A DNA stretch of 64,000 bases, taken from positions 7,034,358 through 7,098,357 of the forward strand of contig CAJINV010000004.1 in the NCBI GenBank assembly GCA_905178155.1. The letters run 5' to 3'. The notes under the pieces are model-generated. The model was not told the DNA's origin, did not search any database, and worked only from the letters and a program-made list of their open reading frames with translations. Positions 1-10,751 of this stretch are shown piece by piece. Position 1 is the stretch's first letter. Each line of letters starts with the position of its first letter. The translations under genes and the position numbers were made by a program. This DNA is from Amoebophrya sp. A120. Taxonomy: Eukaryota; Protista; Dinoflagellata.

Positions 1-844
1 TTGTTTTTCCATTTTACGTCTCCCGAGACCGCCTAGAAAAAAGTGTCGAATTCTCAACCTTGCCTTCAGACGTGAAAGAACGGGCTGCAATAAAGGATCT
101 TCCGATGTGTTGAGAGCCGAGCTCCCCGTGCCGCTGTGCAGTGATTATCCTCTTTTACTTTTATACTACTAGATCTAGAACGTAACATGGAGAACAATTA
201 CATCTTTGTCCAAGAGCGGGCCGACCATGGTGCACCTATGAAGACGACACACGTGATGACAACCAACATTGCTACTAATTATGTGTTCATTGTGATGACC
301 TGCAACAAATGATGTTGTAACAACTTTTCCGGGTGGCGCGGCTGCTGATTCGGCAGCTAAAGCTATGACAATTTGACATCGTACATCTGCTTGCTTTGCG
401 CCAGGAAGGTGCTGAGGCTGACGCAAAAAGTGAATGACATTCGGAGAGGACACTTGCTTCGGCTGGACTGGTGACAGCCTGACAACTACCACGCCATCAG
501 CACAAGGAAGACCACGTGTCCTGGCATTGGTGGGAATTGGTGCGATAAATTTTCGTACTATTCCTAAATAAGTCATATGGTTCTTCCGCGAATATTGAAC
601 GAGATAACGGGGTAACAATTTGCAACTTCGATGTAGACGCGTGAAACTTGTTGTTGATGTGGAAAGTACCAAGCAAATCGATTTACATTGTACAGCCTCG
701 CAGCAATTTATCAAGCTGTTGCTACAAAAAAATCTTTCGTACCTAACAATTTAAAGAAGAAAATCATACATAGTCATAGTGTACTGTACAGTTAGAGTTA
801 CAACGACAAACGTTTCATCAAAACCGCGGCTCTGCAAGACGATC

Positions 845-3800
845 CTAGAACGAGCTCGGTGGTCTCGACTGTGGCCGCGGCTGGTAGCTGGCAGCGGACA
901 GTGGCACCCGGCCCGAGTTCACGTGCACCGCGAGCAGTTCGTGTGTGTTTGGAAATGGGTCCTCGATAGATTCGTCGTCGTTCTTCATTGTCGACCGGGA
1001 GAGTTCCTGGTCCAGAAACGAGTTGTACCTGGTGTTCCCCAAAGTGTCGCGCAAGGATTCGTGCAAGATCATTTCCCGCCGGCTTCGTTCGTGTTTCGAC
1101 TTGTGTTCGCCGAGCAAGGCGTCACTGCCATACCGGACGTTAGCCGTTCCAGAAGACATCATGGAGCTTGTTCCACCGAGCGGAAGGGAGGTCGCCGAGC
1201 CACCTGCTGGAATTATGACATTACCACCTCCTACCGCGACACCGGACCCGCTACCGCTACCGCTCTGCTCCGCGGTGAGTTGCCCGGCGGGGACGGGTAG
1301 TGGGACCGCCGTGCCCTTCATGTTTTGGTATTCGTTCAACCCGAGGGTGTCGCTCGTGTGTCGGGGCAGGTAAAACTGGGTTTGCCACCTGGTGGAGGAT
1401 TCGATCAAAACGTCTTGCTCCGTTACCACATCCCAGTACCCCGGGTCGCTCTGCCGCGATTCTAGCAGCTCCCGCTTCCGCATGTCGTATACCTCCGATT
1501 GTGGGTCGAAGAACTGCGAGTAGTTATCCACTGCAAGAGTATCGCACTCGTATATTATATGCCAGGCTTACATAAACAGATCTTTTTCTTATACCTCAAT
1601 CGGCACGACAAATTCCAAGTTGCTTCTCGAGAAAGTTTGTCATGCGATTTTTACAACTCGTACGATACTTTTGCATTGCATAGTGGTCTTCCTCCTGCAG
1701 TTCCCGGCTCGCCATCTCCTCTCGTTGCTGCTCTAACAAATGTTATCGTACGAAAGAGTGTTTCACATGTATAAAGGGATTTTGCGAGTTTTGCGATCAC
1801 AAGTGTGATTATACATGATCACAGAGAAAATTTATTTGCCATGGGAGGGTAGAAGTTCTAGGGGAAAACACAGCTAAAAATTTGTTCTCTTGCATCTGTA
1901 GCAAGACAAACACTTCTGAAATACATTTTCTGCATTGCAAGTTTACAGGGAAACAGTTTTTTCTTGCGATAAATGTGCCGGAGGGATCACCGCTCCGACG
2001 GTAACTGGGACTTGGATGTCCTCCGGTTGCTGCGCCATCTGCACTATACATTGCAAAAGTTGTATCGTACTAGTAGTTCTTGTAGTGCAAATTGCATAAC
2101 AAAGTAAGTAGGTCAGCACGATCACAATTGAATTTGTAAAAAGTAGTCATGCTGCTCTAGCTTATGCTTAGGAAGAAGATTTGTCGCGCCTTCTGCAATT
2201 GCACAAGTACGATAAACAACTCGTTTTGCAATGCATATGCACCTTCTTCTTCCTATCGCTGCGCGCCTTCTGCAGCGCGGGCCCCGGCTGGGACACGCCA
2301 GCCGAAAGGGCTTGCGCGTTTGCGACGGGGATGGCCGGCGCGTTAGACTCCTGTTCGTAGGTTATCGCGTAAAGCCGGTCGGCCACGTCCCTTCTGCGGT
2401 GAAACGCGGAGACGAAGAGAGGTGTGCGGCCCTCGTGGTCCACAACGCGGGGGAGCAAGAGTTTTGAAATGTCCATAAACTCCGTTTGCAAACCGCTACC
2501 GTGGTTCATCATATTACCCGGTGATGAACCAGACCCTGGCGGCGGGGAACCGCCGTGCGGGGCTGTACTATCCTGCTGCGCACCACCTGCTCCCTTCGAG
2601 GTTCTTGTCATGGTGCTCGCGAAGGTTTTGTCTTCGTGGACACTCACCCCGGTGTTGACATAGGTTCGTCTTCTGATCCCGTCGCTCAAATCCCCTCCTT
2701 TATTCCCCCCAAGCGTCAGCATGCCCGCCATGCGCGCCGCTTTTTCCCTTTCTTCCGTTACTTTCTGCTGGTATTCTACCTGCAACAAAAAATCCACCAT
2801 ATCTAACCGCCCCTTCATCGCCGCTAGATGCAGGCACGTGCAGCCGAAGTTATCCCTTAGAAACAAGTCGATCGATTTCGAACTGCTCGCCGCCGCGCCC
2901 CCGATCGGGATCTCCGGGTATCCGCAGAGGATCTTCACCGCTTCTAGGTCGCCCGATTGCACCGCACAGTGGAGACCTAAGCCCAAATACAGGTTCGGGC
3001 CCGGGACGGTCTCGATGTGGGAGGAAGCGTCGATTTCCTTGATGTCCAAAGCGACCGTGGGGTCCTGCATCAAAGCTAACGACTGTTGCGTGAAAGAGGG
3101 TTCGTTGGTCTGGTTGGCGATGCTGCTGTATGCATTGCAAAAGTATCGCATTACTAGTATAAATTGCATGACAAATTTTGGCAAAAAGGAAAGTGCAATT
3201 TGTAATGCTGTTTTGCCCTAGGAAAAATATTTGTCATGCATATGTGCAATTAGTACGAGTACGATACTTTTGCACAGGATATGCTGTCGTGCTGGGCGTT
3301 TAAAACGCTCATGTCCACCGCTAATCTGTTTATGGATTGCAAAAGTGTCTGGGTCTGGATGATTGCAACTTGTCATGCGAAATCCGAATCATGCAAAAAT
3401 CTGTGTTGCATGAGTGCCGAAAGCTGTCCACTTTCAACCAAGTTGCGAGGGAGTTTCTCATGCTGGATAGGCATCACAGATACCTCACAGAGTCTGTCGT
3501 GCTAGGTTCCGCATTCCAGACCTCATGGGTCATGAAAAACCTGCATGACAAGCTTACACTCTTCCAGACCCAGACATATTTGCAGTTCATACTGTTATTC
3601 CCAGGACCACCTCCACCCGGAGGACCCGCTGCGCCGGTCGGACTAACTATGGGCGAATTGGTGCCCTCGTTGAAAAACGCGGATGGAAATTCTTCACTCA
3701 TACTGGGCTGCAACCCCGCCGCGCCTGCCCCTTTCACGTGGAACTCAAAGTCGCCCCCTCTGGTCCAGTGTCGGATGGGTAACGGCAGCCCCTCGTCGTC

Positions 3801-6800
3801 AAACGCCTGCGTCAGCATTTTTTCGTCCTTGTCCGCACGTTCGGTATCGTGAGAAAAAAGCTGTTACAGTTACACACTCTGATGGAAGACAAGCAAGACA
3901 GACAACCTCTGTCATGCAGAAAATGCTTACCAGCCTCATTGCGTTCGTGTTTTCCCTATGAATCTGAGATTACAGGTTTTCTTTGCCATGTCGAGCAACT
4001 TTGTCACGCAGAAATTCCAACAAATGCGTAACTGTAACACTTTTTTCCTCTGATATTCGGGGATCCGGGACCACTGGGAGAGACTATTGTTGTACCGGTC
4101 GCGATCAATCAAGCCCTGTGGCCCCCCGTTTTGGTTCATCGGAAGGTCGATGCCGGTGGACGTTTGCTGCTGGGGATCATGACCGTGGTGCTCTGCTGTT
4201 TTTATCCCAGCGTTAAAGCTATTTGGGCCGTCGTCGAACCACTGTTGGTAATCCTCACCAACGACCGCGGCTTGATTTCTATTTCTTCCCGCCGGTGGAC
4301 TTGTTTTTATCTTTCCTGTCGCTGTAGTTGTTCCCTGTCCCTCCTCCAGAATCGCCCCTACTATCTTGCCGCCCGGTAGTTTGGGCGACGTCGGGCTCTT
4401 TCCGTGTACTTTGGGACTCAAATTCTCCCGCGACTCCGGTCTCGGTGACCTGGACGGCGGGCTGGCTTTCGTGCCCTGTTCGGCCGCCGCGGCTTGCTTC
4501 GGCTCGGGGGAATTCGAGGAAACGCCTTCTCTGTTAGCGGCTGATGTTGTCGAGGACAAATGCACCCGGGTTTTGGTGTCCCTGGTCGCGGGGCGGGAAA
4601 CGAGCGGGACGTTGGTTTCCGTGGTGATCACCGACATGCTGTTCAAATTCGTCGAGTTATCTTCGTACGCGATCCCCTCGCAACTGACGCAGCCTAGCTC
4701 TAGCAGCTTCGGGTCGTGCGCGTCGAGCGTCGGGGCGACGCCGTCTTCTAGTAGGTCGGCAATGCCGCCGTGGTCGCCGTTGAAAATGCAGTTTCGCAGC
4801 TGCTCCGCTTTGTCGTGCCTGCCGAAAATGTTGAAATGATGAAAATGAGATTTTCCCTGTCGATGCACCTTCGGCTATTGAACAAAGAATTGCATTTAGA
4901 ATGCCAAGAACGCTGCAGATGAAAATTCCAACTCTATACCTCCTCACACACTTCAGTTTTTTGTGCTCCGGGATCAACTTTCTAAAAATCGTCCACTCCC
5001 CGCACCAATTGCAGACCACCTCCCGGTTCACGCACAGTATCCTTTCGTGGTTCTCGATGTCTTTCACTTTCATGCTGAGCCCGCACTTGCCGCAAGTCCA
5101 GGGTCGGTACTCGCACTGTGCCATGTGACTGTCTAAGTCGTGGTAAATCACCACGGCGTTGCACAACGGACAAAACACTTCCCGGTTCACGCAGGCCTTG
5201 CAAATGTGCTCGTTAAGGTCCCTCGCGAGTAGCACCATGCCGCAATCTAAACTACAAGTTACCTGCCGCATGGAACACGAGGTCTCCTTGTGCTCGGCCA
5301 GCCGGCAATCCTGAAACCCTTCCTCCGTGCAGAGCGGGCACTGCACGTAGCGGAGACGGGTCTTGAAGTTGTAGGCTGATGTGTTTATTAAAGTTGTTGT
5401 ATTGTCATGTGAAACAGGATGGAATCACAGTCACACTACTTTTGTCATGCACAAAGACGCAACCGCAACACAATAAAAATCATTTACTCAATTTGTCGTT
5501 TCTGATCGGGAAGCACGCGTCTATTTTCCCCCGCGTCACCGTCATCCCTACCACTTGTGACCGCACCCAACTTCTCGTACCGCTCGTCCCACCCGCTGCG
5601 CCCATGTTTTTCAAGTATTTCAACAACGTCTCATACTTCTCATCCAACCGCACGATCCCGCCCGCGCCGAAATTTGTTCCCGATTCTATCTGGTCCGCGT
5701 ACAACTCGTGCCCTTCGTGTCTTCTAAAGTGCCGGGTCCGCGGGATCAGTTGCGAAGCGATTTTGGGGTGCAGTAGCAAAATATCCGCAACCACCGGCTG
5801 CCCGGTGCAAGAGAGAATGATCACCTGCGGATGGATCTTCCCGCTGTTGCTCGCGTCGGGCCCGCCCAACTGCATCACCTCTGAGAGATTTTGCAACACC
5901 TTCGCCTCGAAGGCCCAGGGATCCTGCAGCCAATCCGCGTAGGGGAGTTTGGTCACGAGGAGAAACCGGAGGAAGAGCTGGGTGTCGCGGAAGAGATTGG
6001 GGTGGTTGTAGGAAAGAGGTTATCCTGTGCAAAAAGTATCGCACTCGTACGAAATAAATGGTAGTACAGCATGACAGATCTACAGGTCCTACCTAACTCA
6101 GCATTACAAATTCCATTCTTCCTTCTGGAAAAATTTGTGATGCAGTTTTTACGTACGTAAATACGATACTTTTGCATGCAATGCATAATGGCTTACCCAG
6201 TATTCGCATCTGCTTGTGGTCTGCCTCTTCCACACGGTCAATGCGCTTCTTCAACCTTTCCTGCTCTTCTTTCTCCTCGACGTAAGATTTCAGGTCGGCT
6301 TTGAACGCGTCGTCTGCTTCGCACCCGATACAATAACCCGCCATCTCGCACCTGGTAGATAAGTTTATGGCCTTTGTCATGCACAACACGCAAACGGATC
6401 ATATATTTGAATGTCATGTACCACACCACGACCACATCTTCAAAGCGAATTCGAATACGATATAATTACGCACTTATGTCCACATCATAGAACCTAAACC
6501 TTGTAGTACCTTTTCCTGCACGTGATCACCTTGTAGGTTGTCAGCTCCTTGCACTCGATGCAGGGCGCCGGTCGGGTCCAGCAGAGCTCCTTGCAGGGAA
6601 TCGGCGTCATCAAATGCCCGTTCCGGCAGGTCCGGCCATCCATGTCCGTGAAGAGTTCTTTTCTCAGCTCCTCGGTCCCATGCATCTTACACTCGACCAC
6701 ATCCAGGGTAGCGAGGGAAACCGCGTCGCGGGCGAGGAAGGAATGGAGTAGTTTGCGGAGGAGGAGAACGAATTCACCTGGTTTTTGAATATAGTAAATC

Positions 6801-9108
6801 GAGATTTGACATACCACACTGCTTCAAGGCATATTTGCACACGATGCGGTGGAACAATACAGTTCGAGGAGACAGCTCTGCTGCACAAGATGAAAAAGGT
6901 GTTAATTCGACAATCTTAAGTCCGTCCTCGCGAAACGAAATTTCTTCTGTATCTGGTGCATCTGGCTGGCAATTTCTATAGACATACCTGCAAGAACAAA
7001 CCCGTTGAAGATATTGGTGGATTTTTAATCATCACGGGCTGAGCAGATAGTTGTAACGCGGTAAGAGCAGGTGAGCAAGGAGCATGCTGCAGCGCATGAG
7101 GCGGCTGCAATGATTTGCGGCACGGGACAAGCATTTAACTCAATGGGCGCGGGGCGGCGCGGCGCGTGGGCAGCCAGTGTAGAAGACGTTTTTACGACAT
7201 CATTCAAATAAACCTGTCCCAAAAATAATGCTCAACCGGAATCGAGTCGTATCGGTATTTTCTCTTCTGGACATAGTACTTTCATTTTCTCGTGAACAAA
7301 GCTCATAGCATTTGCAACACATGCGGTCTTCTGCATGACAAAGAGAAAGAACTACGCACGAGATCAAACTATGTATACCTTCATCCTCTTCGAAGCCTGC
7401 TAATTTGCTCTTGCTACTCGCCCTAGAACTGGACGCGGAGCTGGCTTTCTGTCCCTGCGAGACGACGCCATCAACGACAGTAGAACCATGCTCCTTCAAT
7501 CCCGCTAAGTCAAACACCTGGCCGCCACTGGCGCCGACTAGCTCCTCGAGGTTTAGGGGCACGTTGGTCGTGATATCGAAATCTTTGACCTCCAGCTTGT
7601 AGCCGAGATAGACCTCTTTCACCGTGTGACTCGACTGGTACACGATCTCCTTCCGGTAGTCTATCACTTCGCCGGGGGCCCTGATGGGGTAGTTGATCTG
7701 ATATCAATCTCTGTGGTATGCCCATGCAAAGGCATCGTGCAGTTTTGAGACAGGGCCGCGTCCTTAGCTCCTTGTAACATTCGTTCTTGCATGACAAAAT
7801 CGAAATCCACATCACGATCACAATCGCAATTTGCGTGACAGAACCGCTCCACCAAGTACTTATACCTGAATCTTATCTTCGCTACAGGTTTCCAGATTTC
7901 AAAGTGGAGGAATCCCTCCGGAGTTTTGTTTGGCTTGACGTGGTAGAGTTTCCTCTTTTTCAGTTCTTCTTCGTCGACTTCCAGCAGTGCCTCCTCCGCT
8001 GCCTGGTCGTTGGACGCAGGGACCGGGTGGGGCGAGAGCTGTGAATGATAGAACTTCTGATCTTTTTCATACTTACCGTCGTTTCTCATGTGTGAAGGAC
8101 TGGACTGTCATGTGTGAAGGACTAGAAGTAGTAGTAGATGCTTTTGGTTTATGGAAAGAAGAAAGTTTGTCACGACAGTCACTGAGTTGCAGGTTTTGCA
8201 TCACAAATGTTTCTTTCTAGCATCGCAGCTTTTGCTTGTCTTGCAGACACACTAGGGAAATCCCGTAGAAAATTTAAACTCGACTGTGTCTGTGATCCAT
8301 TTTTACGCATGACAGACAGTTTTGTATTGGAAAATTGCCCATGGCCATGAGGGGTCGTGAGAAACTCTTTTTGTTATGGTTTTGTAAAAGAACATTTCTA
8401 TACCTCCATCAAATCGTCCTTCGGAGGATCGAAGCCGTGCGTTCGCTTCAAATAGTAGCGGTCCAGAAACGTCGCAAAATCCACGTGTTCCTGTCTTAAG
8501 TGGTCGTACAATTCTGTCGGCGCGTCGGTCAACTCGTCGATCGTGAGGACGTCCGGGACGATCGTCCTTTGCCCGAAGCAGAACATCGCGGATTGGATGA
8601 CTTGACTCCCGGCGCCATTCGCTTCGGCGGAGGGCCTGAGGGAAAAAAAGTTGATGTGCAATTTTCATCGTAGCAGCTGCTGCAGAACGAACTTACAGTC
8701 ATTTCTCGTCCTGCCCCTGCAGTACAGCTTTAGTCTCATAGTAGAAGATTTTGCAAAAAAAATAAAAAACATCGTATACAGCTTGTTTTATAACGCTTAG
8801 TAGTTCATCTACCTCGCATAGGAATATAATCCTCCCTTCGAGTGCACTGGCGCGAGGACGGGAATGTAGCCTTTTCTGTTTCTGTCCAGGATGGGCGGAA
8901 GCTCCGACTGCTCTTCCGCCTCTTCCGCGACAGTCGTGAACCTCGTTGCCAAACCTAACAAGTCGTAGAAGTCCTTCGGGATTTCAATCGTTTCCAGCCC
9001 AAACTCATCCTGCAGAACGTCTATGGTGGAGGTCTCGGCTTTCTTCTGCCGCTGAAGTTTCCTCTGCTGCTTGTCAAACAGCCCCTTGGCGAGGGAGGCG
9101 ACCCGCAT
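845..9108 (-). CDS. Multi-exon gene: protein with TRAF-type/Cys-His zinc-finger repeats and ankyrin repeats
   Basis: 4940-5375 encodes repeated C-x2-C...H-x3-C units (CPLCTEEG..HKETSC; CSLDCG..HICKAC; CGKCG..HERILC). 2238-3128 has ankyrin motifs (LHCAVQSGDLEAVKIL, GCTCLHLAAMKGRLDMVDFLL, GRTPLFVSA). Frame verified by hand from 6777 to the stop at 845 across 7 TIR elements and 3 GT-AG introns. Junctions between 6780 and 8400 and the ATG at 9108 are less certain. Confidence 0.75.
1525..1682. mobile_element. Introner family A (TIR TATnnnnTGCAAAAGTATCG), 158 nt
   Basis: TATCCACTGCAAGAGTATCG...CGATACTTTTGCATTGCATA; flanks GTAGT/GTGGT (1 mismatch); removal joins EEDH to SQFF. Confidence 0.85.
1744..1971. 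mobile_element. Introner family F, 228 nt
   Basis: TATCGTACGAAAG...TTTTCTTGCGATA; TSD AATGT; homologous to 22584; frame restored. Confidence 0.9.
2045..2237. mobile_element. Introner family A, 193 nt
   Basis: TATACATTGCAAAA...TTTTGCAATGCATA; TSD TGCAC; frame restored (KKVQMAQ). Confidence 0.9.
3129..3281. mobile_element. Introner family A, 153 nt
   Basis: TIRs; TSD TGCTG; frame restored. Confidence 0.92.
3331..3591. mobile_element. Introner family B (TIR TATnnnnTGCAAAAnTGTCTGGGTCTGGA), 261 nt
   Basis: TIRs; TSD CTGTT; frame restored. Confidence 0.92.
3845..4055. mobile_element. Introner family G-like, 211 nt
   Basis: TATCGTGAGAAAAAAGCTGTTACAGTTA...TAACTGTAACACTTTTTTCCTCTGATA; TSD TTCGG; frame restored (RIPE-RADK). 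Confidence 0.9.
4819..4939 (-). other. Canonical GT-AG intron, 121 nt
   Basis: GTATAG...GGCAG; joins KCVRR to HDKAEQ in frame. Confidence 0.75.
5376..5487 (-). other. Canonical GT-AG intron, 112 nt
   Basis: GTAAAT...ATCAG; joins NDKL to TYNFKTR in frame; contains TGTCATGC and GCAACACA motifs. Confidence 0.8.
6021..6187. mobile_element. Introner family A, 167 nt, degenerate TSD
   Basis: Family A TIRs; flanks GAGGT/ATGGC; removing element plus 5 nt restores frame. Confidence 0.8.
6352..6509 (-). other. Canonical GT-AG intron, 158 nt
   Basis: GTACTA...ACCAG; yields TCRKRCEMAGYCIGC (Zn-finger-like spacing). Confidence 0.7.
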
Positions 9109-10751
9109 TTTGGGAAAAGTGGCAGTTCTTCACACGTCGACCGTGTATGTTCTTCCACTTGGTTCGGCGGCGCGCAAGTAGAAACAATACCTCCGCAAAG
9201 GCGCGGGTCGGGGCGGGAAAAAGAGGAGTCCTTTTTCTCCTTCGCGCAGCAGCAGGAGCTCTGCTTCTTCAAGAAACCGCTGGTAGTACCATCATCGCCA
9301 AGAAGTAGTGCGCATCTGAAAAAATGAACACTACACGAGCGCGGCGGCGAAAAGTAGAACTCCAGCAGCCATGTATATTTTCAGCTTTCCCACACTGGGA
9401 GAGACGGACCGCGGGCACTCTAAAACTAAATCTACGGTTAATTCCAAAATAAATCCACAATTTGGAAACCGTGTCTTGGCTTTGAGTCGAGTCGTACTCT
9501 TAATTGTGCGGAGTTACAGCTACACTCACTCACAGAGTCAAGTCGTCAATTCGCTATAGCGTCTCTCTCGTAAGGAGGGAAGTTGATAATTATTTCTACT
9601 TCACTGCAGTTCCTGCGCCTGGTGCGCCACAGGGCTTTCGCTTTCCTTATTTGGGTGTGCAATTCTTATTTTCACTTTCACTCAGAGCGGCAGCGGGCGG
9701 CTAAAATCTACTTAAACCGCGAAGGGCAAGGGCATGGGCAACATCGCTTAGCTGTGCCGTGAATTTTCGAAAATTTTCTGGGACTGCGAAGAAAAAACTC
9801 TAACACTAAGCCACGACCACGTCATGTCTGTCGTTACAGAAACATGACGAGAAATAGCAAATCACAGTCCATTCCTCTGTTTTGCGCTGTGCGTTTTCTT
9901 TCTTGCTTACGTGCGGTACAGCAATTGCAACTGCATAGAGAGACTGCTACTGCAATGTCAGGAAAACACTTTTGTAGTTACTTTCGCTTTGTCGTTTTGG
10001 TCATCAAAATTTGCAAATGAATCGTGACGGAAAATGTTCTATCTGTATTCTCGAAAATGTTCTTCTTCTTGTACAACCGGAAAATGAATTCCAACCACTC
10101 GTCATGTAGCTGAAACTACTGCAAATGCTTTGTTTATGCACGTACGCATCTTTGTATGTGTCTAAAGCAGAATCGACAGAATCGATAGGATGTTTTTTCT
10201 CGTTATCTTTGACCGATAATCAATTGATGCAGGCTGAGCCTTGAGTTGTAATACAATACTAAATCCGATTCGACACCAGTTCTTGTCCGACTTTTTCTCT
10301 TTCGATAGTCTAGGCGCCACGTCGGCTGAGATGAGTAGAATTGAGGTTTTTACTAGCAGGCATTCTCTTCAGTGCGCTCGTTGGCAAAATAGGTCGGTGT
10401 AAACGTACAGTTTGCTTGCTGTAGGGAAAAGGGCACAAGCGCATTTTCTCCCAAAATTGTTTGGTTAGAAATATTTGCCGCAAATTATATTGATACTTTT
10501 ACTTTTTCGTCGTTTTATTTCTTGCATATACAAATTCAAATTTTCCACATATTGATATTGTCGCTTTTCTTCTACATCAAATTCAAGGTAGGTCGCTACT
10601 GTTTTCAATTTCATCCTCGCTTAAAATAAAACTTGAACTTCTCTATTCTCATGTCGAAGCTACAGCAGGGAGTCATTGCTTATCTATTTCATGAGGTACA
10701 ATTACCAAATGTGCGTCTGCATAGGCCTACTTCTACTGCAAAGGATTGCAC

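Noticed and set aside
175-714. 179-aa minus-strand ORF
   Set aside because: No ATG start or recognisable motif; cannot tell an exon of a neighbouring gene from chance
8086-8123. Short tandem duplication TCATGTGTGAAGGACT (similar one at ~52363-52393)
   Set aside because: Ordinary slippage duplications in probable intron sequence
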